This document shows, piece by piece, positions 36,160 to 45,100 of a stretch of 63,350 nucleotides of DNA; positions within the stretch are counted from its first letter, which is position 1, and every line of letters starts with the position of its first letter. Both the position numbers and the translations under genes were made by a program. Under the pieces are notes generated by a model. The model ran no database searches. It saw only the letters and a program-made list of their open reading frames with translations, and was not told the origin of the DNA. Origin of the DNA: Candidatus Omnitrophota bacterium. GTDB lineage: Bacteria > Omnitrophota > Gorgyraeia > Gorgyraeales > Gorgyraeaceae. The stretch spans positions 1 through 63,350 of the forward strand of contig JBHPFI010000004.1 in assembly GCA_042572045.1 (NCBI GenBank). Reading direction: 5' to 3'.

Positions 36160-37053
36160 ATGATATCGATAATTATAGTGAATTATAACAGGCGTGATTT
36201 GTTAAAGAGATGCCTGGATTCTGTAAGAGGGCAGGGCTTTAAAGATCTAGAGATCATTGTGGTTGACAATGCGTCGTCGGATGACAGCGTTGAAATGGTC
36301 AATGCATACTATCCAGAAGTTAGGCTGATATCCAATACAAGAAATCTCTTTTTTTGTAAGGCCTACAATCAAGGAATAGATGAGTCAAAAGGGAATTTTA
36401 TATTGTGTTTAAATAATGATATTATTCTGGATAAGGATTATTTAAAAGAGGCGCTTAGCGCAATATCTTCAGACACCAAGATAGGCATGATTAGCGGCAA
36501 GGTTTTCAGGATGGATACGAAGATGATAGATTCAACAGGGCTATTTCTGGGTAAAAATAGAAAGGCGATTGAAAGAGGCTATGGCAAAAGAGACGGGAGG
36601 CAATACGAAAAGCCCGAATATATTTTTGGCGTAAGCGGCGCATGCGCGTTCTTCAGGAAAAGCATGCTGATAGATGTAAAAGATAAGAACGGGTACTTTG
36701 ACGAGAGTTTTGCGATGTATTATGAGGATCTGGATTTGTGCTGGAGGGCTCAGAAAAGAGGGTGGAAGGCGTATTATAATCCAAAGGCAACAGCCTATCA
36801 TGTCAGGGCAGGCACGGCAGTTGTCCGCAATGGCAGAAAAGGTCCGAATTTTATATATCTACCAAGGGATTTTAAAAAGATGTACATTGGCAATAGATAT
36901 AAGTGTATAAGAAAAAATGATACATTTTTAGGGGTTTTGGTGAATTTGCCATTTATCCTGTTGTATGAGATAAAGGTATGGGGATACTTGGCCCTTAATT
37001 CAATATTTAATTTTGCCCGAACATTATTCTTCAGACAAAAATCCCTGACTTGA
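36160..37053 (+). CDS. GT2 glycosyltransferase, paralog of 29870..30766
   Basis: 'IIIVNYN', 'VVDNASSD', 'LNNDI', 'VSGACAFF' and 'EDLDLCWRAQKRGWK'. Start placed at ATG 36160. Confidence 0.9.
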   Translation: MISIIIVNYNRRDLLKRCLDSVRGQGFKDLEIIVVDNASSDDSVEMVNAYYPEVRLISNTRNLFFCKAYNQGIDESKGNFILCLNNDIILDKDYLKEALSAISSDTKIGMISGKVFRMDTKMIDSTGLFLGKNRKAIERGYGKRDGRQYEKPEYIFGVSGACAFFRKSMLIDVKDKNGYFDESFAMYYEDLDLCWRAQKRGWKAYYNPKATAYHVRAGTAVVRNGRKGPNFIYLPRDFKKMYIGNRYKCIRKNDTFLGVLVNLPFILLYEIKVWGYLALNSIFNFARTLFFRQKSLT

Positions 37054-37155
37054 CAATTCAGTCAATGACAAAAAGTTATCCGCCTCGTCCTGGTTTCGGT
37101 GGATAATCCGCCGTAGCTTATCTACTATGAAGTTTCTTCTTTGCCGAAGACGGAT
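37045..37155 (+). mobile_element. Inverted-repeat element, copy B (long form, right end missing)
   Basis: Shares exact runs ACAATTCAGTCAATGACAAAA, ATAATCCGCCGTAGCTTATCTAC and ATGAAGTTTCTTCT with the reverse complement of 39801-39936. Confidence 0.8.
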
Positions 37156-37175
37156 CGTCCCTGGAAGGATTTTTC

Positions 37176-37204
37176 TTGACCGCAATAGCAAAACATAGTA
37201 TAAT
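37176..37204 (+). promoter_or_regulatory. Sigma70 promoter of rpsO
   Basis: TTGACC, 17 nt, TATAAT, followed by GGAGGT and GTG 37225. Confidence 0.85.
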
Positions 37205-37224
37205 CTGCGTTCGGAGGTGCACAA

Positions 37225-37494
37225 GTGGCATTGGAAAAGAAAAGAAAAGAAACACTCGTAGCAGATTTTGCTGAGCATGAAAAAGATACGGGTTCTTGCA
37301 GTGTGCAGGTGGCTTTACTTACCGAGCGGATTAATGGTCTTACCGAGCATTTTAAAACTCACAGAAAAGATTTTAATTCCAGGGTAGGTCTTTTGAGATT
37401 GGTAAGCCAGAGAAAAAGGCTGCTGGAATATTTAAAGAGAGAGAATACCGAAAAGTATCGCGGTCTCGTAGAAAAATTAAAACTGAAGAAATAG
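37225..37494 (+). CDS. rpsO: 30S ribosomal protein S15
   Basis: 'HEKDTGSCSVQVALLTERINGLTEHFKTHRKD..SRVGLLRLVSQRKRLLEYL', 89 aa, upstream of pnp. Confidence 0.98.
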   Translation: MALEKKRKETLVADFAEHEKDTGSCSVQVALLTERINGLTEHFKTHRKDFNSRVGLLRLVSQRKRLLEYLKRENTEKYRGLVEKLKLKK

Positions 37495-37508
37495 TTTAAT
37501 TAGGGAAT

Positions 37509-37611
37509 GGGCGCGATTCTTTGGCTGCGCTCAGGACGAATAAGATGCGCCCTGCAAAAAATGTAAGGGTGGCATTTGAAGGTCCTGGTCAAGGTCGATG
37601 AATGTAGCCCT
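37509..37611 (+). other. Two consecutive stem-loops after rpsO (one REP-like)
   Basis: GGGCGC(37509)...GCGCCC(37552) encloses CTTTGGCTGCGCTCAGGACGAA. AGGGTGGCATT(37566) pairs with AATGTAGCCCT(37611). Confidence 0.55.
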
Positions 37612-37616
37612 TCTTG

Positions 37617-37640
37617 GGCGGATTAAAATCCGCCTTTTTT
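37617..37640 (+). terminator. Intrinsic terminator between rpsO and pnp
   Basis: GGCGGAT-TAAA-ATCCGCC followed by T6. Confidence 0.75.
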
Positions 37641-37725
37641 GTCAGATAAATACATGATCCGTCGTAACGGATTCAATTTGTCTGTCGAGATTGGACAAAT
37701 TAAAGAGAGGATAAGGATAAATAAT

Positions 37726-39804
37726 ATGAAAAAAGTTGAAAGAAAGATTGGTAGAGAAAATTTAATTATAGAAACAGGTAAGATGGCGAAGCAGGCAGAC
37801 GGGGCAGTTTGCATACAGTACGGCAGTACAGTATTGCTGGTTACTGCTGTGTGCTCAAGGAAGCTGCGTGAAGGTATGGACTTTTTTCCTCTTACGATAG
37901 AATATCAGGAAAAAACATACGCTGCAGGCAAGATCCCTGGAGGATATTTTAAAAGAGAAGGTCGTCCTACCGAGAAAGAGATTTTGACATGCAGGCTTGT
38001 AGACAGGCCTATAAGACCATTATTCTCCAAAGGATTTATGAACGAGGTTCAGATCTTTGCGATAGTGCTTTCAAGCGACGGGGAGAATGATTCTGATATC
38101 CCTGCAATAATAGGAGCTTCATGCGCGTTGACTATTTCAGATATACCTTTTTTAGGTCCCATAGGAGCAGTGAAGATTGGCCTGATAGACGATGAATTTG
38201 TCATAAACCCTACCTTTAAAGAGCTTGAAGCCAGCAAAATGAATCTGGTCGCAGTTGGACTTAAGGATAGGATTGTTATGCTTGAGGCCGGGGCCAGCGA
38301 GGTTTCAGAAGAGAAGGTGCTCGAGGCAATAAAGTTGGCACAGGGTTATATAAATGAGACCATAGAATTGCAGGAAGGATTGCAGAAGAAGTGCGGAAAG
38401 AAAAAGTTTGAACCAGAGCTAAAAGTTGTGACTAAAGAATTATACGAAAAAGTTAAAAAGCTGTCTGTGTCAAAGTTGAAGGAAATAAATCAGCTCACGG
38501 CAAAGGAACAAAGACAAGAAGCGATCGATATTTTAGGCGATAAGATTATAGAGAAGTTAAAAGGCGAGGATGAATCTCTTGATGATATTGATATAAAGAA
38601 TACATTGATTAAATTAGAAAAAGAGGAGGTCCGAAGTTTCATTCTAGAAGGGAAGAAAAGGATAGATGGGAGAGGGTATGAAGATATAAGGCCTATAAAT
38701 TGTGAGGCTGGGATATTGCCCAGGACACATGGGTCTGGCCTGTTTACAAGAGGGGAGACTCAGAGCTTAGCTACTACAACATTAGGCACGAGTCAGGATG
38801 AGCAGCGTATGGATGCCCTCGAGGGAGAAAGGTTCAAGAGCTTTATGCTGCATTACAATTTCCCGCCATTCAGCGTAGGTGAAGTAAGGCCGACAAGGGG
38901 ACCTGGCAGAAGAGAAATCGGGCATGGCGCTCTGGCAGAAAAGGCCCTTAAGCCAATAATGCCTTCGAGCGAGGAGTTTCCTTACACGGTAAGGGTTGTT
39001 TCAGACATCCTTGAATCAAATGGGTCCAGCAGCATGGCGACTGTTTGTGCCGGCACACTTTCTTTGATGGACGCAGGGGTTCCTATCAAGAAGCCTGTTG
39101 CGGGTATGGCTATGGGTTTAATAAAAGAACAGAGAGGCGCCGCTATCTTAACTGACATAGCGGGTATTGAAGATCATTTTGGAGATATGGATTTTAAGGT
39201 TACAGGAACAGATGCCGGCATTACTGCTGTGCAGATGGACTTGAAGATCGATGGCATAAAGCTCGATCTAATAAAGAAGATAATGGAACAAGCAAAGGCT
39301 GCGAGATTCTTTGTTTTAGATAAAATTTTGGAAATTATAAAGAACCCCAGAGAGAATGTTTCTGAATACGCCCCGAAGATAATCGCTATTACCATAAACC
39401 AGAACAAGATTAGAGATTTGATAGGGCCTGGCGGGAAGGTAATAAAAAGGATCATTCAAGAGACGGGCGCAAACATTGAAGTGGATGATGATGGCAAGGT
39501 CTCTGTTTCATCTGAGAGTGAAGACTCTATCAATAAGGCCATAGAGATTATAAAGGGTATAACAGGCAGCCTGGAAATAGGTACGGTATTTGACGGTACG
39601 ATTACGAGAATTATGAATTTTGGTGCATTTTGCGAAATTCTTCCTGGCAAAGAAGGATTGATACATGTGTCTGAGTTGTCAGATAAGTTTGTTAAAAATG
39701 CAGAAGAGGTTGTGAAGGTCGGTGACAAGGTTAAGGCCAAACTTATCAAGGTAGACGAGAAGGGTAGATTAAATCTGAGCTTGAAGCAGGCACAAGAGTC
39801 CTAA
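37726..39804 (+). CDS. pnp: Polyribonucleotide nucleotidyltransferase (PNPase)
   Basis: 'ETGKMAKQADG', 'DFFPLT', 'RREIGHG', 'ESNGSSSMA' and 'DHFGDMDFKV', plus KH and S1 domains. Start placed at ATG 37726. Confidence 0.98.
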   Translation: MKKVERKIGRENLIIETGKMAKQADGAVCIQYGSTVLLVTAVCSRKLREGMDFFPLTIEYQEKTYAAGKIPGGYFKREGRPTEKEILTCRLVDRPIRPLFSKGFMNEVQIFAIVLSSDGENDSDIPAIIGASCALTISDIPFLGPIGAVKIGLIDDEFVINPTFKELEASKMNLVAVGLKDRIVMLEAGASEVSEEKVLEAIKLAQGYINETIELQEGLQKKCGKKKFEPELKVVTKELYEKVKKLSVSKLKEINQLTAKEQRQEAIDILGDKIIEKLKGEDESLDDIDIKNTLIKLEKEEVRSFILEGKKRIDGRGYEDIRPINCEAGILPRTHGSGLFTRGETQSLATTTLGTSQDEQRMDALEGERFKSFMLHYNFPPFSVGEVRPTRGPGRREIGHGALAEKALKPIMPSSEEFPYTVRVVSDILESNGSSSMATVCAGTLSLMDAGVPIKKPVAGMAMGLIKEQRGAAILTDIAGIEDHFGDMDFKVTGTDAGITAVQMDLKIDGIKLDLIKKIMEQAKAARFFVLDKILEIIKNPRENVSEYAPKIIAITINQNKIRDLIGPGGKVIKRIIQETGANIEVDDDGKVSVSSESEDSINKAIEIIKGITGSLEIGTVFDGTITRIMNFGAFCEILPGKEGLIHVSELSDKFVKNAEEVVKVGDKVKAKLIKVDEKGRLNLSLKQAQES

Positions 39805-39936
39805 CTTTACACATGAAATTGATCCATCCGCCTTCGCCACAGAAGAAACTTCATCGTAGATAAGCTACGGCGGATTATTCACCGAAAGTCGAACTAGGGT
39901 GGATAACTTTTGTCATTGACTGAATTGTAAAGTTAG
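39801..39936 (-). mobile_element. Inverted-repeat element, copy C (136 bp, complete)
   Basis: Perfect 11-bp terminal inverted repeats CTAACTTTACA / TGTAAAGTTAG. Internal CCGCC...GGCGG hairpin. The left end contains the pnp TAA. Confidence 0.85.
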
Positions 39937-39945
39937 TGGAGATAG

Positions 39946-40686
39946 ATGAGCGTAGCTACGGCAATAATCTCGGGTATCGTGCAGGGCGTAACAGAGTTCT
40001 TGCCGGTTTCAAGTTCAGGTCACCTTGTTATCCTCCACAAATTAACAGGATTAGAAGAACCGCAGATATTTTTTGATATTTTTTTACATGTAGGTACCCT
40101 GCTAGCTATATTCATAGTATTCTGGAATGATATAGTAGGACTGGTAACCACAAAAAAACGGATAGGTTTTTTTGTTTTTATAGGCACGGCATCCACAGCG
40201 TTTTTTGTGTTGGTTTTTGGAAAAGGGATTGAATCTGCGTTTGGCAATCTCAAGATTGTAGGCGCAATGCTTATTGTGACAGGCATCTGGCTTATCCTTG
40301 GAAATTTTCTAAGATTTGGCACAGGGCCTCTATCGGGATTTAAGGCGATTTTGATAGGACTGGCGCAAGGTGTGGCTCTTTTGCCAGGCATATCAAGGAG
40401 CGGCGCAACTATTTCCACAGCCCTTTTTCTGGGTATTGACGCTAAAAGCTCAGCAAGGTTTTCCTTTTTGCTATCCATACCGGCGATTATAGGGGCACTT
40501 TTATTCAAGATAAGAGAAACCGCCTTTTTGGGTTTTAGCGTAAATTATTTTTTTGGTCTTATCGCCTCTTGCATTGTCGGCATTTTATCATTAAAATTGT
40601 TATTAAGAATGCTTTACGGTAATAAGTTTCACCTGTTTGGTTTTTACTGTATCTTTGCAGGGATGCTTGTATTGCTGGTGTTATGA
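39946..40686 (+). CDS. uppP: Undecaprenyl-diphosphate phosphatase
   Basis: 'VQGVTEFLPVSSSGHL', 'HVGTL', 'PGISRSGATI' and 'ARFSFLLSIP'. Confidence 0.95.
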   Translation: MSVATAIISGIVQGVTEFLPVSSSGHLVILHKLTGLEEPQIFFDIFLHVGTLLAIFIVFWNDIVGLVTTKKRIGFFVFIGTASTAFFVLVFGKGIESAFGNLKIVGAMLIVTGIWLILGNFLRFGTGPLSGFKAILIGLAQGVALLPGISRSGATISTALFLGIDAKSSARFSFLLSIPAIIGALLFKIRETAFLGFSVNYFFGLIASCIVGILSLKLLLRMLYGNKFHLFGFYCIFAGMLVLLVL

Positions 40687-42905
40687 AGAGACAAAAAAAG
40701 GATCTTATAATTTCTTTTGGCTTGTTTACAGTGGCCTTGCTTTTGCTGGCCTCCATGGTTTCTTACTCTCCCTATGATATTCGCTTTGAAACATCCGATC
40801 CTAATTCTCCTATACGAAATTATATTGGCATAGTAGGCGCCTATGTTGCATGGAGTATCTTTAAAATTATAGGATATGCAGGGTTTCTTATACCCTTTCT
40901 CTGTTTTATTTGGGGCATTGGCGGTTTGGCAGAGAGATCGGAACAGAGGCCATTGTTTAAATATTTGGGAATAATCCTATTATTTTGTTCAAGCGCATCG
41001 TTCTTTAGTCTGACAGGCGTAGAGGATTCTGTGTTGATGGTGGAAAGGGGAGGGATATTAGGCCTATTTCTATCGCAGATTATCCTTGGATATTTTGGGA
41101 GTATTGGAGGGTATATTATAACTTTTACCTTGACCATTTTGGCACTTATAGTTGCTACTGAATTTTTAATCATTCCGTTGGTTTCATTTTTATTTTTACA
41201 TACATGGAATGCGTTAGGGAATCTAAGAAAAAAACGCCCCCACAAGGCACTGTTTGGAAAGAAAGAAGGGACTGAAGCAAAACCAAGAATAAGGCCTGCA
41301 GTGAAGATGGAGAGGTCCGAACATATAACGCAAAGCGCAAAGACCATAGATGCGCAAGAGAAGAAAAAGTACGAGAAAAAGAAAGAAGGACCTGTTTTAC
41401 CGAAGATTGTGCTACCAAAGCCCGATCCAAAGCCAGTTTCTAAAAGACCTGTAAGGATTGAACCAAGGGTGGTCGGAGATTATAAATTGCCAACCTTGAA
41501 TTTATTGAATTCACCTCCGCCTGTGTCAGAAAGGATGCTGGGAGAGGATCTGGAAGCCAGCGCCAGGATACTTGAAGATACATTGCGCGATTTCAATATA
41601 GAAGCAAAGGTAGTAAATGTAACTAAAGGCCCTGTCATTACCAGATACGAATTGCAACCAGCCCCTGGCGTAAAGGTTAATAAGATTACGGCATTGAACG
41701 ACGATATAGCGCTTGTCATGAAGGCCTCAACTGTCAGGATTGTGGCGCCTATACCTGGAAAATCAGCAGTTGGCATAGAGGTGCCTAATCAGAGCATGTC
41801 TTTGGTTTATCTCAGGGAATTGCTTGAATCCAGTGAATATCAGAAAAAGGCAGTATCTTCAAAGCTTACCATTGCGCTTGGAAAGAATATTTCTGGCAAG
41901 AGCGTAGTCGCGGACCTTGGAGATATGCCGCATCTTTTGATAGCAGGCACTACTGGCTCTGGAAAGACCGTGTGCGTAAATTCATTGATAATGAGTATGA
42001 TATATAACGCCACCCCGGATGAATTGAAATTTTTAATGGTAGATCCAAAAATGGTAGAGCTGGCCATTTATAATGACTTGCCGCATCTTTTATGTCCCGT
42101 GATTACTGATGTAAAGAAGGCCTCAGGCATGCTCGATTGGGCGGTAAATGAGATGGAAGAAAGATATAAGATGCTGGCGAAGCTTACCGCCAGAAACATA
42201 GATGCATTTAATAAAAAGTCGGATAAAAAGCTTCCTTATATAGTTATTATCATAGATGAACTGGCAGATCTCATGATGGTAGCGCAGCAGGACGCAGAGA
42301 ATGCAATCACAAGGCTCTCACAGCTTTCCAGGGCAGTAGGCATACATATAATACTTGCTACGCAGAGACCTTCGGTGGATGTTGTGACGGGTGTGATAAA
42401 GGCGAACTTTCCCGCAAGGATATCTTTTAAAGTAGCGTCAAAGGTGGACTCTAGGACTGTTCTGGACATGAACGGAGCTGATAAATTATTAGGCAAGGGT
42501 GATATGTTGTTCTTACAGCCTGGCAGCGCGAAACCAATAAGGGCGCAAGGCACGCTCCTTACAGATTGCGAGATAGAAAAGGTTACCAAGGTGGTAAAAG
42601 AGCAGCGCGAGGCAATTTATGACGATGAAATACTCAAGCGGCAGAAGAAGAGCGCATCCAGTAGGGGCGGATTTGAGAAGGATGAATTTTTTGATGAGGC
42701 CGTAAGAATGGTTCTTGAAACAGAACAGGCGTCTGTTTCAATGCTCCAGCGCAGGCTTAGATTGGGATACACAAGGGCCGCTAGATTAATAGATGCCATG
42801 GAAGAGGAAGGGATCGTGGGCCAGTTTAGAGGAAGTAAACCCAGAGAAATCTTGATAAAAGAGTATAAAGGTAAAGAAGAATCTAGCGAGTTAGATTCTC
42901 AATAA
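40683..42905 (+). CDS. ftsK: DNA translocase FtsK/SpoIIIE
   Basis: 4TM N-terminus, 'PHLLIAGTTGSGKT', 'DPKMVEL', 'IIDELADLM', 'ATQRPSVDV' and gamma domain 'SVSMLQRRLRLGYTRAARLID'. Confidence 0.97.
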   Translation: MKRQKKDLIISFGLFTVALLLLASMVSYSPYDIRFETSDPNSPIRNYIGIVGAYVAWSIFKIIGYAGFLIPFLCFIWGIGGLAERSEQRPLFKYLGIILLFCSSASFFSLTGVEDSVLMVERGGILGLFLSQIILGYFGSIGGYIITFTLTILALIVATEFLIIPLVSFLFLHTWNALGNLRKKRPHKALFGKKEGTEAKPRIRPAVKMERSEHITQSAKTIDAQEKKKYEKKKEGPVLPKIVLPKPDPKPVSKRPVRIEPRVVGDYKLPTLNLLNSPPPVSERMLGEDLEASARILEDTLRDFNIEAKVVNVTKGPVITRYELQPAPGVKVNKITALNDDIALVMKASTVRIVAPIPGKSAVGIEVPNQSMSLVYLRELLESSEYQKKAVSSKLTIALGKNISGKSVVADLGDMPHLLIAGTTGSGKTVCVNSLIMSMIYNATPDELKFLMVDPKMVELAIYNDLPHLLCPVITDVKKASGMLDWAVNEMEERYKMLAKLTARNIDAFNKKSDKKLPYIVIIIDELADLMMVAQQDAENAITRLSQLSRAVGIHIILATQRPSVDVVTGVIKANFPARISFKVASKVDSRTVLDMNGADKLLGKGDMLFLQPGSAKPIRAQGTLLTDCEIEKVTKVVKEQREAIYDDEILKRQKKSASSRGGFEKDEFFDEAVRMVLETEQASVSMLQRRLRLGYTRAARLIDAMEEEGIVGQFRGSKPREILIKEYKGKEESSELDSQ

Positions 42906-43027
42906 CAATAAGAGGTTTAGACTTAAGCTGCCGACAGATTCCTACTTTTATATGTTCCAAATGTTAAAGGCAGGCATATTTAATATTAAAAAAACACAGA
43001 TTTATTTTAGATACATCCAAAAGAACA

Positions 43028-43780
43028 ATGCCTGAATCTCCTGGAAAAACGCTCAAGAAAATACGAGAAGCAAAACAGCTTTCCATAGAAGAAGTTTCAG
43101 AAAGAATCCGTATCCCCAAAAAAATCATATCAGCTATAGAAGAAGACAGATTGCAAGAAATAGCATCTAGTTTTTACGCAAGGACTTTTGTGAAGTCATA
43201 TTCTCAGTTTCTGGGAGCGCTGGGAGAAAAGACAGTAAAAGAATACCTGGACGGCACTCAGAAAAAAGAGAAACCTGTGCTTATTCTGAAAGGCGAAAAG
43301 GTACAAGGGGAATGGTTTATAAAATATAAAAGATACATAGGCCTTAGCATACTGGCTCTCTTTGGCGTCTGGATGTTCTTTTTCAGTCTTCTGCAGATAA
43401 GGAAGTTCATAAAATATGTTTCTACGAAAGCCCGTGTCCAGATTGCCAGAAAACAAGAACCTAGCAGTAAAACCAAGTTGCCTGATAAAGTCACCTTGAT
43501 ATCAACAACCACTTCGGCTAAAAAGATACAGGGGTTTGATCTTGAAATTATAGCGCGTGTCGATACATGGGTGCATGCTACAGAAGACGGGAAACTCTTA
43601 TTTAAAGGCATATTGAAAAAGAAACAAAAAGATGTCTGGCGCGCAAAAAAAGAAATAAAGTTAGAGCTTGGCAATGCCGGGGGTGTAGTGCTGAAACTTA
43701 ATAGAAAAAATCTGGGTCCTATTGGCAAGAAAGGGCAAAAAAAGGAAATTATTATTACAAAAGATGGAATAAAGCAATAA
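43028..43780 (+). CDS. rodZ: RodZ-like protein (HTH, TM, DUF4115-like C-terminus)
   Basis: 'GKTLKKIRE..LSIEEVSERIRI', 'YARTFVKSYSQFLG', a single TM and 'ELGNAGGV.L.LN'. Lies between ftsK and rimO. Confidence 0.75.
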   Translation: MPESPGKTLKKIREAKQLSIEEVSERIRIPKKIISAIEEDRLQEIASSFYARTFVKSYSQFLGALGEKTVKEYLDGTQKKEKPVLILKGEKVQGEWFIKYKRYIGLSILALFGVWMFFFSLLQIRKFIKYVSTKARVQIARKQEPSSKTKLPDKVTLISTTTSAKKIQGFDLEIIARVDTWVHATEDGKLLFKGILKKKQKDVWRAKKEIKLELGNAGGVVLKLNRKNLGPIGKKGQKKEIIITKDGIKQ

Positions 43781-43810
43781 GCTATAAACAGTAAGCTATT
43801 GTTTAAGAGA

Positions 43811-43837
43811 GGGGGGGGGGATTATCCCCCGTTTTTT
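43811..43837 (+). repeat. G10 homopolymer forming GGGGGA-TTA-TCCCCC hairpin plus T6 just before the rimO start
   Basis: Read directly: G x10 at 43811-43820, then ATTATCCCCCGTTTTTT, then ATG 43838. Confidence 0.8.
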
Positions 43838-45100
43838 ATGAAGAAGACTTTTGGCATTATAAGTTTGGGTTGTCCTAGAAACCTTGTGGACTCTGAATGT
43901 ATTGTTTCTGAATTTAAAAAAAGAGGATACGCGTTTCAGGATAGGGCCATCGACGTTGATACTGTGATTATCAATACATGCGCCTTTATCGAGGATGCGA
44001 AAAAGGAATCAATAGATATTATTTTAAAGACTATAGAAGCGAAAAAAAATGGCGCACTAAAAAAGATAATAGTGGCAGGGTGTCTTTCAGAGAGATATCC
44101 TGAAGAATTAAAAAAAGACCTAAGGGGTGTGGATGAGTTTAGAGGCGTGCGGGATTTTAATTCTACCTTTAGAAGAACTCCTGCTGCGAGATTAACGCCT
44201 CGGCATTATGCGTATATCAAGATTTCAGAAGGATGCAAGAATAAGTGTACCTATTGCATAATACCGCATATAAAAGGTCGATATAGAAGTAGAGACAAGA
44301 AGTCAATAATAAAGGAAGCAAAAGAGTTGATTCAAAGAGGAGTCAAAGAGATTATTTTGGTAGGTCAGGATACATCTCTATATGGCACAGATCTATACAA
44401 AAAGAAAGCTCTTGCAGAACTATTAAAAGAGCTGGATGAGATTTCAGATGGAGCTTGGATCAGGTTGCTTTATTGTCATCCTGCAAATATAGATAAAGAC
44501 CTGATAAGGACAATAAGGGACAGCAAAAATATATGCAAATACATTGATTTGCCTATCGAACATGCTAGCGACAGGATATTGAGACGCATGGGCCGGAAAG
44601 TCACCAAGAGAGATATCATTTCGTTGATACAGCATATCAGAAGAGAGATTCCATGTGCAGCCATAAGGACGTCGCTCATCGTTGGTTTTCCTGGTGAAAA
44701 AGAAAAGGATTTTCAGGAATTATCGACCTTTGTTAAGAAGATTAGGTTTGAAAGATTGGGGCTTTTCAGGTATTCTAGAGAGGAAAATACTCCAGCATGC
44801 AAATATAAGGATCAGGTTTCAGAAAAGAAGAAACAATCCCGGTTTGATAAAATAATGTTACTGCAGCAGGATATAGCCAGAAATATAAACCAAAGTTTTA
44901 AAGGTCGCACAGTAAAGGTATTGATTGAGGAAAAGAAAGATTGTTATATAGGCAGGACTGAATATGATGCTCCGGAAGTAGACGGACTGGTGTATGTAAA
45001 AGGCGAAGGCTTAAAAGTGGGCAGTTTTTATAATGTCCGCATAGTGGATACATACGAGTATGATCTGGTAGGGGAAGCGGTGACAGAAGAGAGGAAATAA
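43838..45100 (+). CDS. rimO: Ribosomal protein S12 methylthiotransferase
   Basis: 'SLGCPRNLVDSE', 'NTCAFIEDAKKES', 'KISEGCKNKCTYC', 'DAPEVDG' and a TRAM domain. Confidence 0.95.
   Translation: MKKTFGIISLGCPRNLVDSECIVSEFKKRGYAFQDRAIDVDTVIINTCAFIEDAKKESIDIILKTIEAKKNGALKKIIVAGCLSERYPEELKKDLRGVDEFRGVRDFNSTFRRTPAARLTPRHYAYIKISEGCKNKCTYCIIPHIKGRYRSRDKKSIIKEAKELIQRGVKEIILVGQDTSLYGTDLYKKKALAELLKELDEISDGAWIRLLYCHPANIDKDLIRTIRDSKNICKYIDLPIEHASDRILRRMGRKVTKRDIISLIQHIRREIPCAAIRTSLIVGFPGEKEKDFQELSTFVKKIRFERLGLFRYSREENTPACKYKDQVSEKKKQSRFDKIMLLQQDIARNINQSFKGRTVKVLIEEKKDCYIGRTEYDAPEVDGLVYVKGEGLKVGSFYNVRIVDTYEYDLVGEAVTEERK

Noticed and set aside
37639-37725. N-terminal extensions given by the track for pnp (also 56220 for the lipoyl domain, 43799 for rimO, 36067 for GT2, 32768, and 36082 for the WaaL-like gene)
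   Set aside because: The extensions run through terminators, repeats or upstream genes. Downstream ATGs fit family starts, RBS positions or stop-start overlaps better.
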